A stretch of 64,000 nucleotides of DNA from NCBI GenBank assembly GCA_040954595.2, contig CM082596.2, positions 9,003,124 to 9,067,123 of the forward strand, in the 5' to 3' direction. The DNA is from Balanoglossus misakiensis (Eukaryota; Animalia; Hemichordata). Each line of letters opens with the position of its first letter. Within the stretch, counting starts at the first letter, position 1. Below are positions 37,202 through 49,360 of this stretch, one piece after another. The translations under genes and the position numbers were made by a program. The notes under the pieces are model-generated. The model made no database searches, was not told where the DNA came from, and saw only the letters and a list, made by a program, of their open reading frames with translations.

Positions 37202-39202
37202 ATCACAGTACTAGAAATATCCCACGATTCATTCCGATATGTACCATCAGAGATTCCTCAGTCAAACCAATTGTGTATTTTGTGAATGGTGACTATAGTT
37301 TTCTTTGGTGTTCAAAGGGTTAATTATATGCAAGTTAAAGTGCTAAAAAATAGTTTGTAAATGGAAGTAGTAAAGAAAATGTATTATCATTTCAATGCAT
37401 GTACTCGGTGTTAAGTAACTTGTTGGGCAAATGGACAAGTATAATATGAGGATTTTTTCCCCTGCACAATACAGAAAGATGTCCTGCAGTTATTTGTGAT
37501 ACTTCAGTTCATTATGATTATTAGGCAAGTTTTAAAGCAAAAGTAAAATTTCATCACAATTGCATGTGACGTCACCATGAGGTTACACACTGTGGAGGTC
37601 AACTTGTCTTCTCAAGGCGGAACAAGTTGTGTTTATTTTGCGTGCTGCCATTACCCAAGGTCCTAAAAATATAGCGAGTATTTAGATTCAATAGTAATCT
37701 TTCAGCCACCAAGTCGTCATTTCTGTATCTACTTTGGTTTTGGAGTAATTCCACACTGAATCGAGTCTCAAACCAGTCATTAGTAACTCAACATGTTTCG
37801 TTTAGCTTAACATAGAATAAAATGACAAACTCACGTAAACCAAAATCTGAAGTGTCTGTGTGTGTTTTTTTTTTACTTTTACAACTTATAACCTAGAACC
37901 TGTGAAAAGTACGGTGTTCAGTGCTGTGTATGGCGAATGGTGGGTAGAATATTGTACTCTGTGAATGACACACTTCACATGAAATATTTAAGTTTTCACC
38001 AAGTTTATTTTATCATGGTTGCCAATAAAGTACACTTGTAACAAAGTCAACTGTTTTTACAGATTTTATGCATGGTGGGTCTTGGTCCATTGGCCACTTG
38101 CCGAGCTGTGGGTTACACACACCTGTATGTAAATTAAATAAAACACTGAGAATTTATTCTGGCAACAATTCATTGAAAATAGATATTCACATTTTTAACA
38201 CACATGGTCCTTGAATTCAACTAAAAACACCAAAAAAATTCATAAGAATATATGCCTAAAAACAAAACAAAAAATTAATCACCTTGATTTCTAGTTTAGA
38301 ATAGGTGTTACTATGGTAACAAATTGTTTTCATCTTTCTAAACCAAAGATGAAATAATAGCCAATGGTGATTATCTGAGATATCTGCGCATTTGACTGAC
38401 ATGCAAGCTTTTCAAACATAACAATGCACACACAGACCATGACTTTACTGAAGTAGAGTGGAGCTATCAAAATGTACACACTCAAAAGGTAAATAAAACT
38501 TTGTTTTTGTTCGTCAGTTGACTTGTTTAGCCCTGGTTAATGCTAACAACACACAGGTGGTATTTGGGTACACGCGCCTGAGGAAACGATCGCACCGTTT
38601 GTAACCTCTAATTGCAGAGGTTGTCGCCGCCTACAAAATCCGTATCTTCGAAACAAATGTTATGGATAAGATATTCAGATGTTATTTCTATTATCACTTA
38701 CCGCTTTCTCAGTTCTCCGGCCGTCCAAATAACAACTTCACCAAGTCCGTGAGACGAGCGTATGTTTGTTCGTAAAAATGTACTCCAGTACTTCCGGTTA
38801 AGTTAGCATCGCAGGACTTAGCATAGCATCGCAGGAATAAGCATAGCATCGCAGGAATTAGCATAGCATCGCAGGAATAAGCATAGCATCGCAGGAATTA
38901 GCATAGCATCGCAGATTGACATAGCATAGCAGAGGAGGTCGACAGCAGATCAGATTCAGTTAGCATCGCAGGACTTAGCATAGCATCGCAGGAATAAGCA
39001 TAGCATCGCAGGAATTAGCATAGCATCGCAGATCGACATAGCATAGCAGAGGAGGTCGACAGCAGATCAGATTCAGTTAGCATCGCAGGACTTAGCATAG
39101 CATCGCAGGAATTAGCATAGCATCGCAGGAATTAGCATAGCAGAGGAGGACTTAGCATAGCAGAGGAGGCCGACTTAGCATAGCAGAGGAGTGTCGGTAT
39201 CG

Positions 39203-40770
39203 TACGGTGGCCGAAACCGACACTCCTCTGCTATGCTAAGTCGGCCTCCTCTGCTATGCTAAGTCCTCCTCTGCTATGCTAATTCCTCCTCTGCTATGCT
39301 AAGTCCTGCGATGCTATGCTAATTCCTGCGATGCTAACTGAATCCGATCTGCTGCCGACCTCCTCTGCTATGCTATGTCGATCTGCGATGCTATGCTAAG
39401 TCCTGCGATGCTATGCTAATTCCTGCGATGCTAACTGAATCTGATCAGCTGTCGACCTCCTCTGCTATGCTATGTCGATCTGCGATGCTATGCTAAGTCC
39501 TGCGATGCTAACTTAACCGGAAGTACTGGAGTACATTTTTACGAACAAACATACGCTCGTCTCACATGCGGCCGGACTTGCTGTTTGGCGACTGATTTGG
39601 GCGAGCGGAGAAAGCATTAAGTGATAATAGAAATAATATATGAATATCTTATCCATAAAATTTGTTTCGAAGATACGGATTTTGTAGGCGGCGACAACGT
39701 CTGCAATTGGAGGCGATCGTTTCCCCACTTTCCAATCCTAGAAATCAAGACTTCATTTGCGGTCCTACTAATTACTGCCTGTAGCTGCCCGTCATTTTCT
39801 GTGGAAATTGGCTGATCAGTTTAGCCCAATATGATGTAATAAATATCGTGAATGATTTTTCAAGGAGTCTTTTTTCTTAGACTGACTATTGGCTAAACGT
39901 TATATTTAGAGGTTAAACGGCTGCCAGAGGGTATTTGGGTGCAGGACCTCTCATGTGAAAATTAGCATACATTTTACTGTTGGGAGATGAATAAAGACAA
40001 AAGACAGCTTACAAGTCACAGAAACAGAGGGATCCATTAGTTTCATGACTTTATTATAATATGCTTGGTGTGAATCCTGCTTGCTGATTGGCAAGAGCCA
40101 GGGTTTATATTCTCGCAAAAAAATGGACCAAGAACAGTGAATAATTTAGAAATGGAACACATACAAGAGAACACACTTTATTCAAGTTACTGGATGTGGG
40201 ATAACATGGATAAAGTCGTGCGACTTTAGAAATTCTATAACACTTCGCTCGGTGATTATTTCCCGCCAAATATGCTATGGGGAAACGATCGCCTCTAATT
40301 GCAGACGTTGTCGCCGGCTACAAAATCCGTATCTTCGAAACAAATATGGATAAGATATTCTTTCTCCGCTCGCCCAAATCAGTCGCCAAACAGCAAGTCC
40401 GGCCGCATGTGAGACGAGCGTATGTTTGTTCGTAAAAATGTACTACAGTACTTCCGGTTAAGTTAGCATCGCAGGACTTAGCATAGCATCGCAGATCGAC
40501 ATAGCATAGCAGAGGAGGTCGACAGCTGATCAGATTCAGTTAGCATCGCAGGAATTAGCATAGCATCGCAGGACTTACATAGCATCGCAGATCGACATAG
40601 CATAGCAGAGGAGGTCGACAGCAGATCGGATTCAGTTAGCATCGCAGGAATTAGCATAGCATCGCAGGACTTAGCATAGCAGAGGAGGAATTAGCATAGC
40701 AGAGGAGGACTTAGCATAGCAGAGGAGGCCGACTTAGCATAGCAGAGGAGTGTCGGTATCGTCCACCGTA
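39203..40770. mobile_element. IS3EU-like copy B inserted into the right TIR of copy A
   Basis: TACGGTGGCC..CCACCGTA flanked by 6-bp TSD GTATCG (39197-39202, 40771-40776). Confidence 0.78.
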
Positions 40771-40815
40771 GTATCGGCCACCGTAGTATCGGCCACCGTA
40801 GTTGTAAAGTTTAAA

Positions 40816-43800
40816 TACGGTTGACGATACCGACACTCCTCTGCTAACTTAATCTAGCTGCTCTGCTAACTATACCTGCTTTGCTGTCGACCTGCTCAGC
40901 TATGCTATTTCTGCTCTCCTGAGTTAATCTGCTCTGCTATGCTATTTCTGCTCTCCTGAGTTAATCTGCTCTGCTATGCTATTTCTGCTCTCCTGAGTTA
41001 ATCTGCTCTGCTATGCTATTTCTGCTCTCCTGAGTTAATCTGCTCTGCTATGCTATTTCTGCTCTCCTGAGTTAACCGGAAGTACTGGAGTACATTTTTA
41101 CGAACAAACATACGCTCGTCTCACGGACTTGCTGAAGTTGTTATATACTCGGACACTGATTTGGACGGCTGGAGAATGGAGAAAGTGGTAAGTGATAATA
41201 GAAATAACATCTGAATATCTTATCCATAAAATTTGTTTCGAAGATACGGATTTTGTAGGCGGCGACAACGTCTGCAATTAGAGGTTATAAACGGTGCGAT
41301 CGTTTCCCCACGTTCCAATCCTTGAAATCAAGACTTGGTTTCACCCAATACCACCTGTGTGTTGTTAGCATTAACCAGTGCTAAACAAGTCAACTGACGA
41401 ACAAAAACTAAGTTTTATTTACCTTTTGATTATGTACATTTTGATAGCTCCACTCTACTTCAGTAAAGTCATGGTGTGTGTGTGCATTGTTATGTTTGAA
41501 AAGCTTGCATGTCAGTCAAATGCGCAGATATCTCAGATAATCACTATTGGCTATTATTTCATCTTTGGTTTTGAAAGATGAAAACAATTTGTTACCATAG
41601 TAACACCTATTCCAAACTGGAAATCAAGGTGATTAATTTTTTGTTTTGTTTTTAAGCATATGTGCTTTGGAATTTGTTTGGTGTTTTTAGTTGAATTAAA
41701 GGACCATGTGTGTTAAAAATGTGAATATCTATTTTCAATGAATTGTTGCCAGAATTGGTAATATAATAAATTCTCAGTCTTTTATTTTATTTACATACAG
41801 GTATGAGTAACTCACAGCTCGGCGAGTGGCCAATGGACCAAGACCCACCATGCATAAAATATGTAAAAACAGTTGACTTTGTTCCAGAGTACAATATTCT
41901 ACCCACCATTCGCCATGATTTGTATAATCAAAGGTTGCCATCTTAATATCTTTTTCTGTTTAACATAGTAACAATGATAAGTTGAGGAATTAGAGGGAAA
42001 ATTTCAAATACAGTATCAAAATTTAAAAGCCTTAGAAATCAAAGTATTCATGTACTGCAAATGTCGCACTTTGGAGGAAACAAGCAAATGACTGAGGTGG
42101 CCAGTCTCTGTTGAAAGTTAACATTTAAATTTCTTTTGTTCTGTCAATAGTAAATATCAGTATCTTTTTGTTTGACTAAGGTGTCCCTGTTTTACTTCAA
42201 ACTTTTCTGTACAGTTGAGCAACCAAGCCTAATTTGCATACAGTCAATTAAAGCCCCAGTATTTCTCGTGTGTATCCATTTTTCATCATCGAAAAATGCC
42301 TGTTTTTCCTGTACATTCATCATGGAATACTACATAATGAAGATAGGAGAAAGGTTTGGGCAACTGTAGCTACGTGCAAGCTGTAAATATTGCCCGTAAC
42401 ACTTGAAATGATGCGCGGGTTTGTTTACAACGGAAATGTTGTACATGTCGATCAGCAAACTTTGACATTTGATGGTCAGACCATTTTCGGATTTGATCTG
42501 GTTCCATCGACTGATTTCTCCCATAAAGTTATCTTCCCAAAATTTCGCCGAATTAGTGCGCATTTCTTCGCTGAGTCGCTTGATTTGGGGCGACCAAACC
42601 TCTTCCGCATAGATTCACATTTGAGTGCGCATGCGCACTAGTCACGTGTGTCAACACTCACGTGACTTTCTGTCCGGACAGAAAGTCATTCTTCACTCGT
42701 TATATTGTAAATTGTATGAGTTTATGAGCAGAGCTGGGGATGATGACTGTTCGATTCAGTATCAATTATCATCTTCTTTTAGAAATTATAGATGCCGTTT
42801 CAAACAAAATTTTGCCCCTACGAGAAATACTGAGGCTTTAACTGAGCTGCATCTGTTAATTTTGAATGAGGAGATACACAGCACTGAACACCGTACTTTT
42901 CACAGGTTCTAGGTTATAAGTTGTAAAAGTAAAAAAAACCCACTCATAGACACTTCAGTTTTTGGTTTACATGAGCTTGTCATTTTATTCTATGTTAAGC
43001 TAAACGAAACATGTTGAGTTACTGATGACTGGTTTGAGACTCAGTTCAATGTGGAATTACTCCAAAACCAAAGCAGATACAGAAATGACGACTTAGTGGC
43101 TGAAAGATTACTATTGAATCTAAATAACCGGATACTCGCTATATTTTTAGGACCTTGGGTAATGGCAGCACGCAAAATAAACACAACTTGTTCCGCCTTG
43201 AGAAGACAAGTTGACCTCCACAGTGTGTAACCTCACGGTGAGGTCACATGCAATTGTGATGAAATTTTACTTTTACTTTAAAACTTGCCTAATAATCATT
43301 TTTACTTGCATATAATTAACCCTTTGAACACAACAAAAAACTATAGTCACCATTCACAAAATACACAATTGGTTTGACTGAGGAATCTCTGATGGTACAA
43401 ATCGGAATGAATCATGGGATATTTCTAGTACTGTGATTCAGTCTGTTAATCTTTCCAAAAGTGTCAGGTAGAGAGCTTCAGCATCTGATGGATTCCTGGC
43501 TGGCAATAGCAAATCGTCCATCATAATGTGATGTAGATATTCATCTAGCTGACAGTCGCCCACATAATTAGGTGAACATACGTGTACGTCCAGTTCTTCA
43601 ATGTTACATTGTATTGGTTGTAGACAATCAACACCACCTGTAAAAGGAAAGTGGCTCTCGTATAAGACACACAGGAAGCATTCACTAAACAACGATTTAC
43701 TTTAGCCATGAGGAAAACATACCATAATAAGGAAAAATTGTGAACATAGTTAACTCTATAAATTTGCAACTTCAACTCAGCCAACCCAAATTAATCTGTT

Positions 43801-44216
43801 ATGTCAAAACAAATAGACTTCTCCACCAAAGACGGTAAACTCTAATACTGTAAAACATGTTATTTTCGCGAGTTGAAATTTTCGCAATATCGAGAGAGGC
43901 CACTGTTACGCGAATATTAATTTCATCATATTGGGCTAAACTGATCAGCCAATTTCCACAGGAAATGATGGGCAGCGACAGGCAATAATTAGTAGGACCG
44001 CAAATGAAGTCTTGATTTCAAGGATTGGAAAGTGGGGAAACGATCGCCTCTAATTGCAGACGTTGTCGCCGCCTACAAAATCCGTATCTTCGAAACAAAT
44101 TTTATGGGTAAGATATTCAGATGTTATTTCTATTATCACTTACCACTTTCTCCGTTCTCCGGCCGTCCAAATCAGTGTCCGAGTATATAACTACTTCAGC
44201 AAGTCCGTGAGACGAG
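40816..44216 (-). mobile_element. IS3EU-like copy C, inverted relative to A, far TIR lost
   Basis: Starts TACGGTTGACGATACCGACAC; 41330-41915 and 42872-44216 are reverse complements of parts of copy A; extra ~950 bp at 41917-42872. Confidence 0.75.
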
Positions 44217-44289
44217 TTGGCTGGTACCCTGCCTCGGTGACAAACACCAAAGAGGCAGGTAAACACAAACAGCCATATTTAGAATTGTG

Positions 44290-44360
44290 GAATCTGATTG
44301 GCTAATAAACGAGCGCTCCCATTGGTCATAGCTATTACTTCCGGGTCAGAAAAGATGGCG
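44290..44360 (+). promoter_or_regulatory. Candidate promoter of the helicase gene
   Basis: Two reverse CCAAT boxes (ATTGG near 44297 and 44321), ETS-like CTTCCGG and YY1-like AAGATGGCG overlapping the ATG at 44355. Confidence 0.4.
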
Positions 44361-44387
44361 TACGTACGTGACCAGCTGGATCGATTA

Positions 44388-44814
44388 TAGTCTCGGTAAC
44401 CCAGAGTCCTCTGCTTCTTCCGTAGGGCACTCCAGAAAGAGGGTCTGGGGAAACCCGGTAGACAAATCGCCGGCCCGACTCGGGACAGATGCGATGCATG
44501 AAGGGAGCTTAATACTCGATACGATATTATGATATGACGATATTAGAAAACTATTTACCAAACTTCTCTCTCTCTTTTCAATTTGTAGACAGTTTTAGCA
44601 GGTCTAGCACTTCTCAGCATGTTTTCTTTATCGTATGTCATACATGTCGGCCGTGAGGTTCGCGCGCAGGACGTCGCCATTTTGGAATATTAATCTCCCG
44701 TCATGCATCGCAGCTGTCCCGAGTCGGCCCGGCGATTTGTCTACCGGGTTTCCCCAGACCCTCTTTCTGGAGTGCCCAACGGAAGAAGCAGGGGGGTCTG
44801 GGTAACCGAGACTA
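44388..44814. mobile_element. AcademH-like MITE (427 bp) in helicase exon 1
   Basis: TIR TAGTCTCGGTAACCCAGA / TCTGGGTAACCGAGACTA; 9-bp TSD GATCGATTA/GACCGATTA. Confidence 0.88.
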
Positions 44815-45560
44815 GACCGATTACGATTATCGTTGTGCACTAAAATAGCTTTAGCGCACATAAATTTAAATAACAATTGTTCAAGACCAACCATCACTGG
44901 ATTGAAACCTAAGCAAGCGGATTGTCTAATAGAATTGTGTAGAGAGGGGGGGGGGGGGAGGGATACAATATGTATACTTCCTACAGGTTATGGAAAATCT
45001 TTAATTTTTGAACTTCTACGGATGTTATCTGACGCTCTGGAATCATCAAAAAAGTGCTCCGTGATTGTTGTCAGTCCACTGAACTCAATAATCAATGAAC
45101 AGGCAGAGAGGTAAGTTGGCGCATCCCCTCGGCCCTCTCTAAAAAATAATGGTGTTGGCGTGTCCCATATTGAAATAAGTTGACCAGCTCCGGTTGCTAA
45201 GGATACGACGACAGCTCATAGTAACTGTTGTCTGGACAGCCGTTTGGGTAGCTGGCCGAACATAGTTCTTTCTTGCTCAACCTTCTTGTTGTTTTACTAC
45301 CCCGACCGCCTCGCAAGCTATCTAGATTTGTGTTGGGTCCGTTTTTAATGTGGATCGTCGACTCTCACATTGCCAAAATTAAAAGATATACGCCGCGAAC
45401 ACACAGTCCTGTGCGCAGGGCTGCAGTAACTCGAGTTTGCCTTGCCATGGTTTTTGTGTTGAACAACACACAATCCAGGCAAATTCGAGCTACTGAACGA
45501 CAATAAGCTATATAAATAAACACTTTTGTCAGTGCCCCCCGATGCGAGCTCACCTTTTGC

Positions 45561-45804
45561 TAGCCCTGCGTACATGTGTGTGTGTTCGCGGCGTTATACG
45601 ACCTCCGTGTCACACAGACCTAGTACTAGTCTTGCTCCAAGACTGTGTGATACTGAAAATGAAATGCGCGTCTGCGTTACGTATAGAATGTTCTGTGGAC
45701 GCGACGCTAATCACACGGCGCGTCGTACGAAAGTTCCATGAATTCCTTATCGACAGGCACAGCGACTGCCATAGAGTCTAACCTAGTACCTGTACGCAGG
45801 GCTA
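45561..45804. mobile_element. TAG-ended MITE in helicase intron 1 containing a second TAG-ended element (45627-45780)
   Basis: Outer TIR TAGCCCTGCGTACA with degenerate TSD ACCTTTTGC/ACCTTGTGT; inner element has an exact 9-bp TSD ACCTAGTAC. Confidence 0.78.
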
Positions 45805-48800
45805 ACCTTGTGGTGGCCGGTACCCTAGCTCCAGCTCCCTAGCTCTGTGTGCATTAAGGGACCGTTCAGTTTTTACAGCCTGGGGGGGGGGGGGGGTTCA
45901 CTTATGCTTAAATTTTGAAACCCAAAAGGGGGGTCATCTTTTTTTCAAAACGTTTAGGGGGGTCACATATGCCCTCCCCCCCAACTTCTACTTTTGAGTC
46001 CAGAAAACTGCAGTTTCAAGTCCTTTATTTAACAAAATTTTCTAATGTGGGAGGGGGACACCCTAACCCCCTTCACTTCTTGTTTTACCAATTCTGCCCA
46101 CTATTGTATTGACTTGTCATTTTAATATATTCATAGATTTGTCAATTAATATTGTCAATTGTATTTGTCAATTAAACAAAAACAAATCATGATATGATTG
46201 TTGCCAAGCAGAAAATGAGTAAAGTTGGTGTGTCTCATGTTGAGAAAAATTAGATGCAATTGACACAAAAAAACAAAAAATATGGAAACTATAGCTAGAA
46301 CTTTGTTGATATATTTTTGATTTGACATTTTTTTTATAAAAGTATTTTCCAATTTTCTTCCCATGTTACAGGTATGGCAAAGATGCTTTTATAGTTGGCC
46401 CTTGTGGTGCACCTACATCGGATTCATTCCATGATCACGATTTCAAGTATATCTTGGGTCACCCAGAGCATATCCTCAATAAGGCTGTGCTTGATGTGTT
46501 TGGAAAGACCAAATGGCAGGAAAAAAAGATATTCATCGTGATCGATGAAGCACATTGTATTGTGAAGTGGGGTCCTGATTTCCGCAAGAGTTTCATGGAC
46601 TTGCATCATTTAAAAGCAGTATTTCCAAAAGCAAGGTTGTTGGTGATGACAGCTACTGCCACAAGCGAATTGAGAGCAGAATTGCAGAAAGCCCTTCATT
46701 TGAAGAATCCAGCTCTGATAACTTCTTCTATAGATCGCCCCAACATTAAAATGGTTGTGAAAAAACGCCTTGCGTCCACAGGGAAGACCACAGTGGAGGC
46801 CAGTCATGACAGGATTTACTCCCCCTTGATTAGAGAACTAAAAGAAAACAAGGATAAGTTTCCCAAAACTGTTGTGTATACGACGCTTAAGTGGTGCGGC
46901 CATGGTCACGAGATGGCACTCAGGCAGGAAACTGATGGCTCATCATCAAACTTGGGAGGTTTTGTAGGCCAGTTCCACAAACCATGCACATTTAAGGTAG
47001 GAGAATTTTGAAGTAATGGGCATTTGATAAATAGCTTTAGATTCTATCAACATAGATTAGTTTCTAAACGGAGCTCATATTATTTTCAAACACCAAATTT
47101 CAGCTTCTGCCCCATTTTAATTTTCTTTTCATAAGGGATGTGAATTTTTATTAGGAAAAATATATTAGTAATCCAATGATATATAGTTACCCTGTATGTC
47201 GGACATAGATAATTATTGATGACATGGCATACATTATGCGCTTCCATGTTTACCCTAATAAGTGATCATTGCAATTGTTGTTGTTGTTTTTGACAGATAA
47301 AGACTGATACCGTGAAAGCCATGCAAGGTGGATCAGTCAGACTTTTGTTTGCATCAGAAGCATACTCAATGGGTACGGATGTGGCAGACATCAGGCGGAT
47401 TGTTCATGCTGGACAACCTCATTGTTTAGAGAGTAGGGGTTTTCACATTACGTTGAACTTGTTGTTTGTTGATTTGCATGGGGGGGGGGGTAAAGTTTTA
47501 GCATTCAAGTGTTATCATGGATACATATTTTGATTCCAATTATTTATCTCACCACAATTATTGTTGCTCCCTGATGCAACAGGAAATTGCTTAATTGAAA
47601 ATATTATGCCATAGTTTTCCTATGCTGGAAAAATCTGAACAGTTCTTTAAAAAAATAAAGCTCCTCTTTTGGCACATTTTGTGAAAATGTCAAGAATATT
47701 ACAATATTATAACAGTTTTCTCAAAATTCTACATTTACATCCATGTAATGTGATAGCCATGTATTGCATCTGGGTAATCCACTACCTTAAAACCTGATCA
47801 TTGCGCACCATTTATGAAGTTGCCACACTATTTTATTCCTGGCAGTGGCTTTATTGCTGTCTCTGAAATTATGCGACAATATGAGATGGTCCCTAAGTTT
47901 GCTAGGTTTGAATGTACCTTTTTTCTTCTTCTGGTAGCATACCTACAGGAAATTGGACGTGCAGGACGAGATGGTGAGCAGGCTGTAGCTACTCTGTTTT
48001 ACAATGCCTCTGACATCAGCCCAGCTGTGTCAAGCATGAGTGAGGAAATGAGGAGGTTCTGTACTACTGATAAATGCAGGCGAAAGTTCATATGCGAACA
48101 ATTTAACTGTGAAGCAGATGAATCACCTGTACTACACATGTGTTGTGATATCTGTGCAGCAAAGTGCAAGTGTGATGTGTGTGATTATTCTAAAACACCG
48201 AAAGTTGCTGAAACAGATGTAAATTCCATAGAAAATCTTTTGTTATGTTACTTTAAGCATGAAAATCTCATATCAGACATACCAACAGGACTAACTGCAA
48301 ATTTGGCTCATGAGATTGCCGTCAAAAGTCAGTTTTATGCCTGCACCAGCTCAATTTGCTCAGCTTTTCAGGTGCCCGTCCGCTATGCTGAAAACATTTT
48401 TAAAATTTTGGAAAGCTTTAAGAGTTAAAATCAAACTGTTAAAATACATGTAACCCGGTATGTTTTCAAATAAAATTATTACATGTGTACTTGTACAATG
48501 CTGTAATGTCTTGACTGTTCCGTTATACAAATGAGAACTCCATAGGTCCACATGACTTTTGGCATGTATTTGCATACTTGAAGGTTCCAGCGTGGCTTCC
48601 ATTCCAGCCATCAGTTACTGGTCAATAGAGCATTTTTGATTACCAATATTTCCCGTCCCCATTTCCATGGTATATCCTACAAATTCAAAGAAATTTTTGA
48701 TTGGTAGAGCTTCCTGCTCACGACAGGGTGACACAACTCATGGGACGACTGTAGTGTAATTGAATTGTTTTATTCAACGGGCTTAATTATAATCAAGTAC

Positions 48801-48972
48801 ATGTATGCCCCTGCTTAACACAACCAGAAATACAAGAGGGCGCTAGACCGCCAACAGTCCCTTTTAAATAGATAAGAATAACAGCTATATTTAGTGCCAA
48901 AATGATAATTAACTCAGTGAAACTAAACATTTAAAAAAAATTAATGCATCAATATTATTCTGTACAAATAAT

Positions 48973-49108
48973 ATGAGGTTATTACGAAAGAACCGCAAAG
49001 TATGCACGAGGACATTAGCGCTCAGTATCGCCCGACGCCCGACGGAGGGCGATGCGCTGTGCTAATGTCCTCGTGCATACTTTGCGGCATTTTCGTAATA
49101 ACCTTATT
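48973..49108. repeat. Short palindromic MITE-like hairpin
   Basis: AGGTTATTACGAAAGAACCGCAAAGTATGCACGAGGACATTAGC mirrored by GCTAATGTCCTCGTGCATACTTTGCGG..TTTCGTAATAACCT. Confidence 0.8.
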
Positions 49109-49360
49109 ATTATACATCTTACATCTCCGATAGTTCTTGTGTTGCATGTTACTTGGCTTTCAAAACGCCCAAAATGCCGATACAATCGATCGAAAACCGC
49201 TCAGTTGACTCAGTGAGCAGCCATCTTTCTTTTTTGTTTACGTGCGTTAGAGTGGGGGTGTCTTGAAACCGTCCGCATAACAACGCATACCTTTACACGG
49301 CGCGTCGTACGAAAGTTCCATTCCTTATCGACAGGCACAGCGACTGCCATAGAGTCTAGG

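Larger units (their letters stand above)
36132..40800 (+). mobile_element. IS3EU-like non-autonomous DNA transposon, copy A (contains copy B)
   Basis: Termini TACGGTGGCCGATACCGACAC..GTATCGGCCACCGTA; flanking duplication GTTGTAA; subterminal 20-bp GCTATGCTAATTCCTGCGAT minisatellites; transposase C-terminal exon at ~37000-37201. Confidence 0.72.
44355..48428 (+). pseudogene. RecQ-type SF2 helicase of an AcademH-like transposon (4 exons, ~523 aa), exon 1 interrupted by a MITE
   Basis: Exons 44355-45110 (minus the insert), 46372-46996, 47297-47432, 47938-48428; motifs LPTGYGKS, VSPL, DEAH, MTAT, YLQEIGRAGRDG, CRR..CCDIC zinc site; no HRDC domain; phases compatible, 1572 nt. Confidence 0.88.

Noticed and set aside
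36150-41075. 20-bp and 37-bp repeats considered as a CRISPR-like array
   Set aside because: Eukaryotic context, no unique spacers, no cas genes; they are subterminal minisatellites of TIR elements.
44355-48428. Host RECQL/BLM/WRN orthologue
   Set aside because: Minimal helicase plus zinc site only, no HRDC or exonuclease domain, and paired with a DUF6589-like transposase; better explained as transposon-encoded.
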